Positions 50,684-63,111 of a stretch of DNA of 64,000 nt are shown piece after piece. The DNA is from Nemertoderma westbladi. Lineage: Eukaryota > Animalia > Xenacoelomorpha. Where the stretch lies: assembly GCA_032718475.1 (NCBI GenBank), contig JAUCBJ010005279.1, forward strand, positions 20,990 through 84,989, given 5' to 3'. Made by a program: the position numbers and the translations under genes. The notes beneath the pieces are model-generated. The model was not told where the DNA came from and made no database searches. It saw nothing but the letters and a program-made list of their open reading frames with translations. Position 1 is the first letter of the stretch; each line of letters opens with the position of its first letter.

Positions 50684-53600
50684 GTCCAGGAATTTGTATT
50701 GCTCGACCTCGATGTTGGTTGGCCGCCTGGCATTGATATTAATTGACTCTATCACTTGGATGGGGTCGATGGTTGCCCCATAGTCGCATCCCGGTGCCAC
50801 TGCTGCAATTGCGCACCATCCTGTTCTCATCTCCAGGATCTCATCTTTGCTAGAGATGGTTGTTACCGCCATTCTGCTTGGCCTCGTTCTCAATCCTATC
50901 TCTTCGGCCACCCATTCCTCGACTAATGTGAAGGCAGCTCCACTATCGACCAGCATTAGTGTTGTTACCGATCGATTGCCTTCCCCAATCACTCGCACGG
51001 GTACTACTCCAAGTAACACCGTTCCTCTCTTCTTACGTACTACCGTGCTCATTGCCATCGTTTGGCCTCTCCTTTGGCCAAACTTGACCGGCTTCTCTTT
51101 GCATTCCCTGGCTCTGTGTCCGCTCATCACACATCGCGAGCAGATTTTATTGCTCGACGCATAATCTATCTGATCTTGCCTGGGTAGCGCCTGCCAGTAC
51201 CTGCAGTTCATGGTTTGATGAAGCGCATTTGCGTGTAACTGGCATTTGCTCTTTGGGTCGTAGCCCTCCTTATACAGCGCATTGCGTATCGCAGTTGCGT
51301 TCGTACCAAAGTCCCTACTATTCTTATTGTTTGGATTCGGCCTACTGGACGTACTGGGGTTATATTTATTCGTGTTGTTGTTGTTCCCCTGTCCGTTCCA
51401 TGGTGTGGTCTTATCTTCGGCTAGCTGTGGACTTGCAGTCCCCTGCGTCGCTGCATATGGCAATGATTGCCTGAGCCTCGGTAATGCGTTTGATGTATTG
51501 TGCTCTGGCTTCGGTCTATGGTAATCCGTCTTCGGTCCCTTTCCCAGGCTATCTTCACTATAGACTGGGTCAGTTATTAGTTCAGCCTCGTAGTTTAAGA
51601 AGTTTGACATTTCTTCTAAACCTGGTTCCGCACCCTTCTTGTCTCGAGTGGAGAAAGCAACTTTCCTCCACTTGTTGCGCAGCCAGTTCGGTAGTGCCTG
51701 CGCTATCGTGGTGATGTTATTGGACGCGTTGAGCTCGTATGGCGCGTCTAGCGTCTTCAGCACGATTAGCGCCTTTTTGACTTTGTTAGCGAACGTCTTA
51801 ATGCTAACGGGATTATCCTGTAGGCCACCCGATGTTATGCCTCTCAGCGTCTGCCTGATGATCTTGGCCGGGTGCCCGTATTCCCTATCCAGTGCCCGCC
51901 ATGCCGTCGTGAAGCCGCCTTCTATTCCTTGATATTGCCTCACGATATCGTATGCTGGGCCTCCCGTGTATACTTGCAGATACTTTAGGCACTCCGCCTG
52001 CGTCAAGTTTTTTGTTAGTATTTCGTTGCTATACATGCGCCGAAACTGTAGATATTCTTCCGGCCTACTTCCATCGAATTTGAATGGTTCCACGGGTGGT
52101 AGCTCGATACTCATTTTCAACGCATCGATCAACGTGGCCATCCCCATCGCCTGTGCTTCCAATGGGTTCGATGGATGCTGTATAGTTTCTCCTGTCTGGT
52201 GCGATCCGTCCGTCCTATTTCTTGACTTTCTCTGACTTGGATATGTCATTGGGGGTAGCGGCCCCCTCCATATTTCTGTGTCACACGACCTATTTTCATC
52301 CAAGGGTCTCATTGTTCTTACTCCTATCGGGGTATATTGTTGATATTGTGATGGGGGAATGTCACCCTGTCCCCCCCCCCCCCCCCACCGGTATGTTTGG
52401 CATTGGGGTTGATGTTAATATATTGGGGCCCATACACCTATCCGCAATAATTCCCCCCTCCCCTGGGTATATGTTATGTCCCTGCATGCTGTAGACATAC
52501 TGCTGTACTGGTACCGGTATAGGCCTATCAGCTTCTGTCCTACTCGCCGGTATGTATTCCACGACTTCCGGATTTAATCCCATTGTCTGCGCTATCCTAT
52601 CGCCTACATTGCCTCTCTCAGTATGGCCTATGGTATGTGCAGTAAGGCCTACAGTATGTCCTACAGTCTGCATGTGTCGCTCGGGATCGAAGTTTATTTT
52701 TCTCGAATAGTCCTCCCCGTGGCTACCGTACTCTCGATTGGTAGGTATATTCCGTCGGAAAGTTTCTCTTCGACCCCCTCCTCTACTGCTCTCGTCTTCG
52801 TACCGGTACATCGCGCACCCCTCCATCGGCGCGTAATGCACCTCACCGGGTCGCATCTCTCCGGGGCGACGGCAATCTCCCGGAGTCCGACCCCACTGAC
52901 TCTGCGTTCTCATCTCGACTACCGACGGCTCGCTATCCGTCCTCGCTCTTCTATCGTTCGCGGCGACACTTCTACTACTGTCTTCTCTTCTTCTCCTTTC
53001 AGTGGAATATTCCCGCTCGTGAGATCTCTCGTCGACCTCCCGGTTAAACCCCACTGTTCTTCTTCCCTCTTCTGATCGGGCTCGACGCTTCGTCCGCCCT
53101 CTTACGACGTCAACCTGTCTCTCTCTGCTCGGTCGCACGCCGCTGGGGATACTCGCAATCCCCCTATTGCTCTCCGTCGCTGGGTGTTGCGGTTTACCTA
53201 TTTCGGCCCGCGCACCATCCGCTGACGGCTGTGGGACACTCTCCGCCCCCCCCCCCCCCCCCCCCCTTTCGCTGCTAACTCGCTGTTGTGGGGCCCCTGT
53301 AGCCCCCCCCCCCCCCCCCCCCCCCCCCCCCCACTCGCCACATCTAACTTCGCTATTTCTCACCCCGCTACTATATCCCTCTCCAGTCGACACATCAACC
53401 CTACCGCGGTCGGGTCTATTCACCCCCGCCTCTCCCTCTGCTATTGCGTGGCCTACCAGGCCCTCTACTCCCTGCCTACCAACTACGTGGCCTACCAGGC
53501 CCTCGCTGGGTCTACCCGACCCAGCCACTCCCTGCCTATCAACTACGTGGCCTACCAGGCCCTCACTGGGTCTACCCAATCCAGCCGCTCCCTGCCTACC

Positions 53601-55559
53601 AACTATGTGGCCTACCAGGCCCTCTCTGGGTTGGCTCAACCCCGCCACTTCCGGCCTACCAATTATACGGCCCACCAGGCCCCCGTCTGCCTGGCCATAC
53701 ACGCCCGACGTGTTTACGTTAATAGCACCCATATTGGAAACGGAATTAATTTGTTCGTTTGAAACAAAATCATTTGAATTATTTTGCGCGACTACACTAT
53801 CTGAATTATTTTGTAAATTCAGGCTTGGATCATTATTTAAATTATTTGGGTTATTTTGCATAACTACGTTATTTGAATTATTTTGTAAATTCTGGTTTGG
53901 ATCGTTATTTAAATTATTTGGATTATATTGCGTAACTACATTGTTCGGATTATTTCCTACGTTAATATTAGAATCGTTCTGATTTAAATTTAAATTACTA
54001 CCACTAGGCAAAGTATTTCCTGCAATAAAGGTTTGGTTAGAGTTATCCCATACGGTACTATTAATATTAACAACGTCTACTGTAACATTATTATTACCCC
54101 CCCCGCCCGTACGGTCACACCAGTCTTGGGTCTGTCGTGCGGTCCCTGTAAGTGGGATATTAATAAATGTATCCACGGCCTCCGGCTCCTCAAAAATACT
54201 CAAGCCATCCCCGCTCTCAGACGCCCTCGCCCGCACCAGTTGCAGCTCGCGCGTGTGTCTAATCCTACGTTCCGCAAGCTCACTTTGGCGTCTCTTTAAT
54301 TCCTTTTGCTCTTGCTCAGCTTCTGCCATTCTCCTCTCATACTCCCGGGCGTCCCGGGCAGCCAACTCTGCTACACTCCAAGCGCTCTCCCTTCGCCTCG
54401 CTTCACGCTCCTTGCGTTCACTTTCCCCCTTTGCCTCACGCTCCTTGCGTTCCTGTTCCTCTCTCGCCTCATGCTCCTTGCGTTCCGCCTCACGCTCTTT
54501 GCGTTCCCTTTCTTCCCTTGCCTCACGCTCCTTGCGTTCCCTTTCCTCTCTCGCCTCACGCTCCCTACGCTCCTTTTCCTCTATTTCCTCACACTCTCTA
54601 AGGCTTCTCAAAGCCCTTTCGGCCCTCTCTCCGGTTTCTCTAATCAATGCCGCTTCCCTCTCTAGCCGCATTCTCCCCTCCTCTAGCCGTTTATCCATTA
54701 CCCTCTGTCCTTGCTCTATCAGGTCTAGACGGTACGCGGCACCTATCTCTCTCACCAGTCTTTCTTTTGCGGAGGATGTAGCAGACTTATCGGTTACGAC
54801 GGACTCCCTCCGCCTTCCCAACCTACTAACTTTCCCCCGCTTCCCGGAACTTTCTCCGACCGACGAGGCCGAATCCTCGGGGTTAACCTCGGATTCGCCC
54901 CCTTCAGGTCCCCTCCAACCCACTAATTTAACTCCCCGGGCATCGACCAAGTATGGCCCTATGTACACTGACGCTACGCTAGGTTCCATACTCCCACATT
55001 CCCATAGTTCAAACAGTTCGCTGGCAACCCCTTTTGCTCTCTCCTCGGCTAGTTCTCTCTGCCCAAAACGCATTAGGTAATTAAAGTGTCTATTCGACTC
55101 ACCTAGTCGTTTCCTCAGTCTCACCTTGTCTATCTTCGCCCCTTCCTTCTTAGCGTCCTTTAGTAGTCTCTGGGTCGCGTTGTAGGCCCGTCAAAGTCGT
55201 TCAGAAACCCCGACGTCCTCGTCGCCGACCTCTCTTCCGTCTCTCCGGGTCCGACGTCGTACCGGCGGCCCCACCATCGCCATTTCGGTGGGCCGTTCGT
55301 CGCCCTCGGCCTGTAGCTGGCCGGCGACATCGGTGCGTCGACCCCCGTCCCGTGTCGACTCGTCTCCTTCTCCCTCCATCTCGCTCTCTCTTCCTCTCGG
55401 CTCAACCTCGGGTTCCAGGCCCCCCTCGTCCTGAACTGCCGGATGACCCGTTACCGATGGGTCCGGCGTTGTGGGCCTGTATCGCCTGGTTGCGGCCTCG
55501 CGGATCGTTAGCTCTTCGTCCGGGGTCCGCGTCGGCGTTGTTTCTCCCGACTGACTCAT
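50684..55559 (-). pseudogene. gag: gag and protease of C; in-frame TGA at 55191-55193 and a frameshift at the G16 run (52371-52386)
   Basis: ATG 55559 MSQSGE; EREARE coiled coil; Asn-rich and GLVGHVVGRQG repeats; BEL gag core LPPVEPFKFDG; knuckles CQLH..H..C and CSRC..H..C; protease LVDSGA. Confidence 0.9.
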
Positions 55560-55644
55560 CTCGCTGGTGATTGGTGGAGTTCAGCTAGCTAGGGCAGCAG
55601 TTGGTTTTAGTTACTTTTACGGTTTAACTAGGGCGGCAGCTCGA

Positions 55645-55653
55645 TTTAATTAC
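55645..55653 (-). promoter_or_regulatory. Non-tRNA primer-binding site of C (GTAATTAAA)
   Basis: Abuts the 5' LTR; complement TTTAATTAC lies in the LTR at 55840-55848. Confidence 0.6.
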
Positions 55654-56209
55654 TGTGACGGGATCCAGGAAGGATCCCGATTTATCCGTTGTTTAATTCA
55701 CTCGTCCCCGCCGTGTGTATGAAAGGTAAAAAAGGGAATCCGTGTCGTTCGTTGTATATAATGACTGATATAGATATATAGGGTATATAGATATAGGTGT
55801 AACTGATATAATGTTGTCGTATACAGAAGGCGGGATACGGTAATTAAAGTCCCGGTCCTTCCCTAGCTAAACTATCTAACCTAAGCTAGCACCAATATTG
55901 CACTGAGATAACTGAATGGAAAGATTACTGCCAACTGGCTATATTGCACGGTTGGCCTTGTTACTCTACCTAATCGATGCCTTTCCCCCCCTGATTAGTT
56001 GATACCCTTGTTGGCGCCCCGTGGAGTGTTCCCGTTCACTCCTCCTGTTCTCTCTGGGTTAGGGGTTTGGCCCCTGACCCTTATTGTGTGGTTCTCCTTC
56101 CCATTCTCATTGGGATGGCACGAGTTGGTTAATTACCCAATCTCGTGGCTCCCAATATTACTTATCGGCTTAACTTTATGGGGTGTTAGCGGGATTGAAT
56201 AAGCTAACA
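55654..56209 (-). repeat. 5' LTR of element C
   Basis: Direct repeat of 25572-26127. Confidence 0.97.
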
Positions 56210-56874
56210 TTTGTCCTCGCCCATCTTGGACTCCCATAGAGGAGTAGTGGAACTACTGCTGCTCTAAATATTCGGACATTAATTTTCTGATTAATTCATA
56301 TAATTCATTATTAATTAATTCCGATAATTAAATGACATATACATATAGGCAGGCCTACATTTAACAGTAGGTTATAATTAATTATCCTAGATATTTAGGT
56401 AATTTAACATTTAACAATTTAACACAAAACATTAATTTCAAACGCTTAAGAACCTTTGAAGGGCCCTTTTAAACGTTTTTAACAATAAGTTATACACATA
56501 TATATATATAGGCCTACTGTAATACAATAAATTATTGTCAATATATTTTGCAGTTTCGCTATGTCTAATAGATATTTAAGATATTATCACATATAGACTC
56601 TCGTGTTGCCCGAAGGCCCATCACAACGAGTAATTTGTAAAAGCCGAGGCCTTATATGTTCATTTCTCTCACACCGCTGCTTCTACGTAGTTCTGTCAGT
56701 TGTACCACTATACACACATATATATTAGTGTATTACACACTAAATGTTAGAACTGCAGATTAATTAAACAATATTATCCGCTGTCCAATCATGTACAGTG
56801 TCTACGGAGCCCCTAAATGGCAATTAAAAAAAATATCTAGAGCGCTCTCGATAATTCTTGATTTTATTGATTGG

Positions 56875-58400
56875 ACTACTACTACTAGGATCGGCATGCT
56901 GCATTACTGCTGCATTATATATATATATATTATAAATGCTGTGCCGGCTTGTCGACAAAATTGCACCGCCACAACTCCCTACCATACATGCCATTTGCTA
57001 GATCATCCTCATTTTCATGTAAGGTGTCCTTTAAGATGCGTCTTAACCCTATTCCATCTGGGCTCTTTTGTCCGAGATTCCACCTGGGGTTGGGCATAAT
57101 ATGCCCAACAGTTTAATATACACTAAAAAGTAATGATAATTTTATAAAAACTTTCAAAATTTTCGCAGGTTTATAGAAAAATATATAATGCATCTGTTCT
57201 GAGTTTTATATATTCATAATTTAAAATAATATATCCTTATAAATTAATTATCATGAAGATAACCCATTATAGTAAAAAGATGAGATAATACTATACATAC
57301 TCCTCCCAACACCACTGTCAGCCTAACTCTGCCAGACATCCCAAGTGAAAATTTTGCTTGCAGGGGGTGCTGTTATTGAATAGATTTATTCACCTCTGTT
57401 TATGTCTGCTGTATTACATTAGGAATATACTGGTTTCAATGGTGGTTGTTGTTTTATCCTAGTAGACTTATTGCTTGCTTATCTGTCAGTTTAGTATTTT
57501 GTTATTAAAAAATAATGTGATTGATGTGTACTAATCCAAGCAGTAGACAATCTCGTGTTTGAATTTAACTTTACAACCCAGCCAAGTGAATGTCCTGGAC
57601 CGTAATTGGTTGTATTCTAGCTTGTTGACCAGGGGAACTATCCAACCACGGATTATCTTTTCTACCAGTTAGGCTAATAAAGATATTATAATAAAAAAAT
57701 GTGACTATGATATGAAAAACACACCATAGCAAAAAAAGTATAAATGATGAAAAAAATATTATGTAACCATCAGAAAGCCAATTAAATTCTAGGAAAAGTT
57801 AATGAATTTCATAATAATACATAAAAATCATCATCATGAATTTCTAAAAATAAAAAGTGTTGGGCAGATTCTGCCCAACCCCAGGTGGAATAGGGTTAAG
57901 AAAGACTGGACTGGGGGGAAGACTTAAGAAAGGGCTGTCCACCTTGCTTATTCACTCCATGAGGCCGCCAAATCACAAGATTATGCCCTGTTTGGTTCTC
58001 ACCGCGAAAGCAATGTCCTGCAAAGAGGAGGCGGCTATATTCTAGTGTCAAGCTTGGGGGAACCAATGAGACAGCTCCAATGTTATATAGTGTATGAACA
58101 GTGAACTCGGCGTAGCATTCTTGTGAAAGTGGCATCCAAATATTTGGTGTCCTCAGCAGTTAGATCCCAGCATGGACTCCCATAGAGGAGTACTGGAACT
58201 ACTGCTGCTCTAAATATTCGGACATTAAATTTCCGATGAATTCTCAGTGGCATCCAAACCCTGGAAAGCCTATTCAAGGCTGGTCAATCCTTTTCCTTAC
58301 GTTTTCGGAGGTCCCCACCTGAGTTCCGGATCCATGATCCCAGGTAACAGAAGTCGTTCACATGCTCAAGCATACCATCCTTTGAGCTTACGCATAGGAT
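56875..58400 (-). mobile_element. Decayed 3' fragment of RTE-like LINE, interrupted by a MITE
   Basis: RIFRAAVVPVLLYGSPCW matches the 60608-61681 protein. Confidence 0.85.
57047..57895. mobile_element. Non-autonomous piggyBac-like MITE (second family)
   Basis: TTAA at 57043-57046 and 57896-57899; 16-bp TIR CCCTATTCCAYCTGGG; subterminal palindromes TTGGGCA..TGCCCAA; empty site gcgtcTTAAgaaag at ~25286-25299. Confidence 0.92.
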
Positions 58401-59019
58401 TGATTTGGACTGATTTGGCCGGAAGTTCAAAATGCCTGATCTCATCATTATCTACACCGTCAGAACGGAAACAGATTTATAATTAATTATTTTAATTTCA
58501 ATTTTAATTTTCGACAATAATTAATTAAATTCAATATACATATAGGCCTACATATACAAGTAGGTTATAATTAATTATCCTAGATATAAATTAATCAATT
58601 ATTATTAGCTTCCACGAAGGGTGGAATCTAATAGCTAAGCTAGTGGTTGCTGCCGTAAGGAAAAATAATATATTAATGAATACTGATCACAATGTGAGGT
58701 AGGGGTCGCCTCCGGCTTCGGCCGACTGTTTGCTTTGCTTTTTGTTTTGATCACAATGTGAGAGGGGTGTGGGGGTGTAAAGGGAAGGGAGGCGGGGTGG
58801 TAATTGAGGGTGGATGTATGGATAGGAACTGGTAAGGGGTCTGATAGCCTGTCATTTATAAAATTTTGCAAGGATGTTCATGTATTTACTAATATGTATA
58901 TTAAATGAACTGCGCGGGTAGTTGATTTAAAGATATGAAGCGAGCGATTGATGATATGAACGTTGGAAGCTGCTGCTACTTTGGAGGCAGGGTTTAGTTA
59001 TTTATATTTTACATTTTTA

Positions 59020-60200
59020 GCGGCATTGCATGACCCCGCGTTCGGGTAGTTCTGTATGATATATTCCTAATAATTAGAAAATTAAAAGGTAGGAAATATG
59101 ATGGGTAAACATGGAGGGACTGCCTGACCCCACGCCAGGGTGATTCTGAAGAATATATATATTTAAAATATTAAAAAAAAGAACGAAATGGAGGGACTGC
59201 GTGGCCCCGCGCCCGGGTAGATCTGTAGTATATATTTAACAAAAGATAAAAAAAATAAAGGAAGGCGTGACCCGCGCCCAGGTAATGCTGCAAAATATAT
59301 ATATTTAAAATATTAAAAAAAAGAACGAAATGGAGGTACTGCGTGGCCCCGCGCCCGGGTAGATCTGTAGTATATATTTAACAAAAGATAAAAAAAATAA
59401 AGGAAGGCGTGACCCGCGCCCAGGTAATTCTGCAAAATATATATATTTAAAATATTAAAAAAAAGAACGAAATGGAGGGACTGCGTGGCCCCGCGCCCGG
59501 GTAGATCTGTAGTATATATTTAACAAAAGATAAAAAAAATAAAAGAAGGCGTGACCCGCGCCCAGGTAATTCTGCATAATATATATATTTGTAATATTAA
59601 AAAAATGAACGAAATGGAGGGACTGCGTGGCCCCGCGCCCGGGTGATTCTGAAGAATATATATATTTAAAATATTAAAAAAAAGAACGAAATGGAGGGAC
59701 TGCGTGGCCCCGCGCCCGGGTGATTCTGAAGAATATATATATTTAAAATATTAAAAAAAAGAACGAAATGGAGGGACTGCGTGGCCCCGCGCCCGGGTAG
59801 ATCTGTAGTATATATTTAACAAAAGATAAAAAAAATAAAGGAAGGCGTGACCCGCGCCCAGGTAATTCTGCAAAATATATATATTTAAAATATTAAAAAA
59901 AAGAACGAAATGGAGGGACTGCGTGGCCCCGCGCCCGGGTAGATCTGTAGTATATATTTAACAAAAGATAAAAAAAATAAAGGAAGGCGTGACCCGCGCC
60001 CAGGTAATTCTGCAAAATATATATATTTAAAATATTAAAAAAAAGAACGAAATGGAGGGACTGCGTGGCCCCGCGCCCGGGTAGATCTGTAGTATATATT
60101 TAACAAAAGATAAAAAAAATAAAAGAAGGCGTGACCCGCGCCCAGGTAATTCTGCAAAATATATATATTTGTAATATTAAAAAAAAGAACGAAATGGAGT
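59020..60200. repeat. Tandem repeat with a 142-bp dimeric unit, two 77-bp monomers and GC-rich CCCGCGCCCRGG cores
   Basis: AAATGGAG recurs at 59186, 59328, 59470, 59612, 59689, 59766, 59908, 60050 and 60192. Confidence 0.95.
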
Positions 60201-60275
60201 AGTTAGTCCGGGTAGTTAGTTTAGTGACAGAATGACAATAAAATTAGAAATCAGTAAGTAGTTATGTATATTTCA

Positions 60276-60540
60276 CTATAAACCATTGATTATTATTATT
60301 TTTATAGCGCATCTAAGAAATAGTTTTTTGAGATGCTTTGAAAAATTATTTTTATTTTTTATGTCTCTAATGTTTTTGGGCAAGTCGTTCCAGAGAAAAG
60401 GACCCATATATTTCACGGAATTCTGAGCCACGAGTAGTCCGGTGGATGGGATAAAGAAACATCCGGTATTAGAACCACGGGTTTTGTGTGAGTGAATTAA
60501 GCTCAACTTATTAAAATACTTTGTAAATATCCCTACTTCT
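60276..60540 (-). pseudogene. C-terminal fragment of a CR1-group (L2/Crack/Daphne-like) LINE ORF2
   Basis: HSHKTR...SVKYMGPFLWNDLPKNIR...FSKHLKKLFL motif. Confidence 0.75.
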
Positions 60541-60569
60541 GATCTATGTTCGCTTTTATTTATATGAAA

Positions 60570-62330
60570 TACTACTAGGATCGGCATGCTGCATTGCAGC
60601 TGCATTTTTAAGAATGCTGTGCCGGCTTGTCAACAAAATTGCACCGCCACAACTCCCTATCACCCATGACATTTGCTAGATCATCCGCATCTTTAAGGTC
60701 AGTGTCCTCTAAGATGCGTCTCAAGAATGTCATGGGCTGTCCACCATGCTTATTCACTCCATGAGGCTGCCAAAGTACAAGATTATGCACTGGCTGGTCC
60801 TCACGGCGAAAGCAATGTCCTGCAAAGCGGAGGCGATTTTGTTCTAGTGTCAAGCTTGGGGGAACCAATGAGACACCTCCAATGTTATATAGTGTCTGGT
60901 TGGAGATGTGTGCATTGTACTTGACACAATGAACCCGGCGTAGCATTCTTGTGAATGTGCCATCCAGAGATTTGGTGTCCTCAGCAGTTAGAGCCCAGCA
61001 TGGGCTCCCGTAGAGGAGTACTGGAACTACTGCTGCTCTAAATAATCGGACCTTAAGTTTCCGATTAATTCTCGGTGACTTCCAAATCCTGGAAAGCCTA
61101 TTCAAGGCTGCCCATGCCTTTACCTTACGTATTCGAAGGTCCTCACCTGACTTCCGGATCCATGATCCCAGGTAACAGAAGTCGTCCACATGCTCAAGCA
61201 TACCATCCTTTGAGCTTATGCTCATCCGATCAGAGACTTGCTGAGGACTTTCAAAGTTAACTGTCAGAATTTTGGTCTTTCTGGAGTTAATAAAAAGACC
61301 AACACTAGAAGCAGCATGTTCTAAAGAGCTGAGGAGCCGTTGGGCTCCCTCTAATGATTCTGAGAGTACTCCTAAGTCATCAGCAAAGTCTAGATCAGTT
61401 AGGTACTTGGCAGGATTTCCTCGACTTCTGGAGCCAGTAGGTGGAGTTATCATCACCCCATCATCATTATGATGATCTAAGGACATGCGTAGAACATAGT
61501 CAACCACAATAATGAACAAGAATGGTGCAAGTGTGTCTCCTTGGAGGACGCCCCACAACACTTCAAATGGTTCTGTGTCACCGTCAACAGTAGACACAAA
61601 TGTTGTCGAACCATCGTATACTGATCTGATAGCTGCAATAATTTCATCAGGAATCCCATATAATGAAAGTATGCTGAACATACGTGAGCGAGAGATTGAA
61701 TCAAAGGCCTTGAAGAAGTCAATAAGCTTTCTTTTTTGCTAATTCTTCAATTATCCTTCTAAGTGCCAAAATGGGCTTCATGGTCCCACGACCTTTACGG
61801 AACCCATTCTGATTTCCACGGAGCAGTCTCTCAATGGGATCCCTGATGCGATTTAATAGAATCCTATGGTATAGCTTTGCAGCAATCGAGATCAATGAGA
61901 TTCCCCGAAAAGAACCATAGAGTGTCAGGTTGCCCTTCTTGGGAACTGGCACCAACTTATTTGTTTTCATTTCTTGTGGGACTCTTGTTGTACGGTACAT
62001 GTCTACTATGATGGGATAGATAAGCTTTAAACACTCAGGTATTTTAAAGACCTCAGGGGGAACACCATCTACTCCACTGGCACGATTGGTCTTAATGCTC
62101 TTTGCAGCAGCCTTCACTTCTGCAAAGGAGATATCGCCAATGGGAATATCTGGGAGTAGAGACTCAGACACCTTTACTTCTATAAAGTTATCAGGCAATA
62201 CCCTGTCATTATTGAGGAGCTTTTCAAAGTGGGCTTTCCAACCATTGAGGCGATCGGCTGGTGATTCAGCCTTAACCTTGGTGGTTGGTTGGCTTTTCCG
62301 CCCAGTAAGCAGATTGATCGATTTCCATGC
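60570..62330 (-). mobile_element. 5'-truncated RTE-like LINE (RT domain; frameshift near 61725)
   Basis: ORFs 61719-62198 (KKGNL..FRGISL, NQNGFR) and 60608-61681 (GVLQGDTLAPFLF, LDFADD, FCYLGS, VLLYG, RLRFAGH). Confidence 0.92.
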
Positions 62331-62652
62331 CTATGTTATACTTATGTTTTACTTATATGAAATACATCGTGCATAAGCTTACACGTTCGTGGGGCCTTCG
62401 CGCAGCACGAGGCCCAGTTATGAGATACAAATTAAAATTGTGCGACTGTATCACAAAATCAGGTTATGAGAGATTAACCCACACCACCAATTAATCAAAG
62501 AAAGGGGGACAGTACGTGTTCAACCCTTTTAATCTGCACCCCCCCCCCCCCCTCCCCCCATCCACCAATACATAACCGCGACATCTACCACCCACGGAAG
62601 GGTAGCACGAACTTATTTCCAAACGCACGTTCAATATGCAAAGCCAGGTGGT

Positions 62653-63111
62653 TTATAGGAATATAATCAATTCAGTACTCGTCTTCATTATAAGACTCTT
62701 TGCGTTCGACCTGTTTTGTATTAAAATATATTTATTAAACGCAGGCTGACGCTCTTTATAATAATAATACCTAGGGATGCCAGCTTCCAGACTTTCAATC
62801 TTTACTGCCACGCAAACACCGCAGAGGAAGTTTTGGTTTGAGAGATCAAGCCCATCGGCAATTGGTGTTTCAATTTCGGTCCAGGAACTCTGACAATGGG
62901 AGCATTCAATCTTAGCTGTAATCCATTCCCGTGGTTTCGGCTTACTTTTCTTTGTCCCAATGACAGATTCTTCTGAAGACGTTCGATTCGCTTTCAGTTT
63001 ATTGTTGGCGTTTGTGTTTTGAAGTTGTATTCGAGTGGACAGTCGCGCCGGTTTCGAGGTAACCATACCGACCTGTGATAAGCGTTGGTTTTGTTGAGTG
63101 CCGGTATTCAT
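62653..63111 (-). CDS. Possible zinc-finger (PHD-like) ORF1 remnant of a LINE
   Basis: CSHC..W..(~20)..FLCGVC followed by a short heptad-like stretch; no link to the RT demonstrated. Confidence 0.35.
   Translation of the reverse strand: MNTGTQQNQRLSQVGMVTSKPARLSTRIQLQNTNANNKLKANRTSSEESVIGTKKSKPKPREWITAKIECSHCQSSWTEIETPIADGLDLSNQNFLCGVCVAVKIESLEAGIPRYYYYKERQPAFNKYILIQNRSNAKSLIMKTSTELIIFL

Larger units (their letters stand above)
25572..56209 (-). mobile_element. BEL/Pao LTR retrotransposon C, interrupted by element B
   Basis: 556-bp LTRs with TG...CA ends, TSD TTTGT (25567-25571 / 56210-56214), G-rich PPT at 26128-26136, BEL-type pol. Confidence 0.97.

Noticed and set aside
52371-52386. Programmed ribosomal frameshift in gag of C
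   Set aside because: Falls in a 16-nt homopolymer, more simply explained by slippage or assembly error.
53167-55080. Long + strand ORFs (271 and 275 aa) antisense to gag of C
   Set aside because: Shadow ORFs of GC-rich repetitive coding sequence with no motifs; the same applies to the many antisense ORFs over A, B and ORF3.
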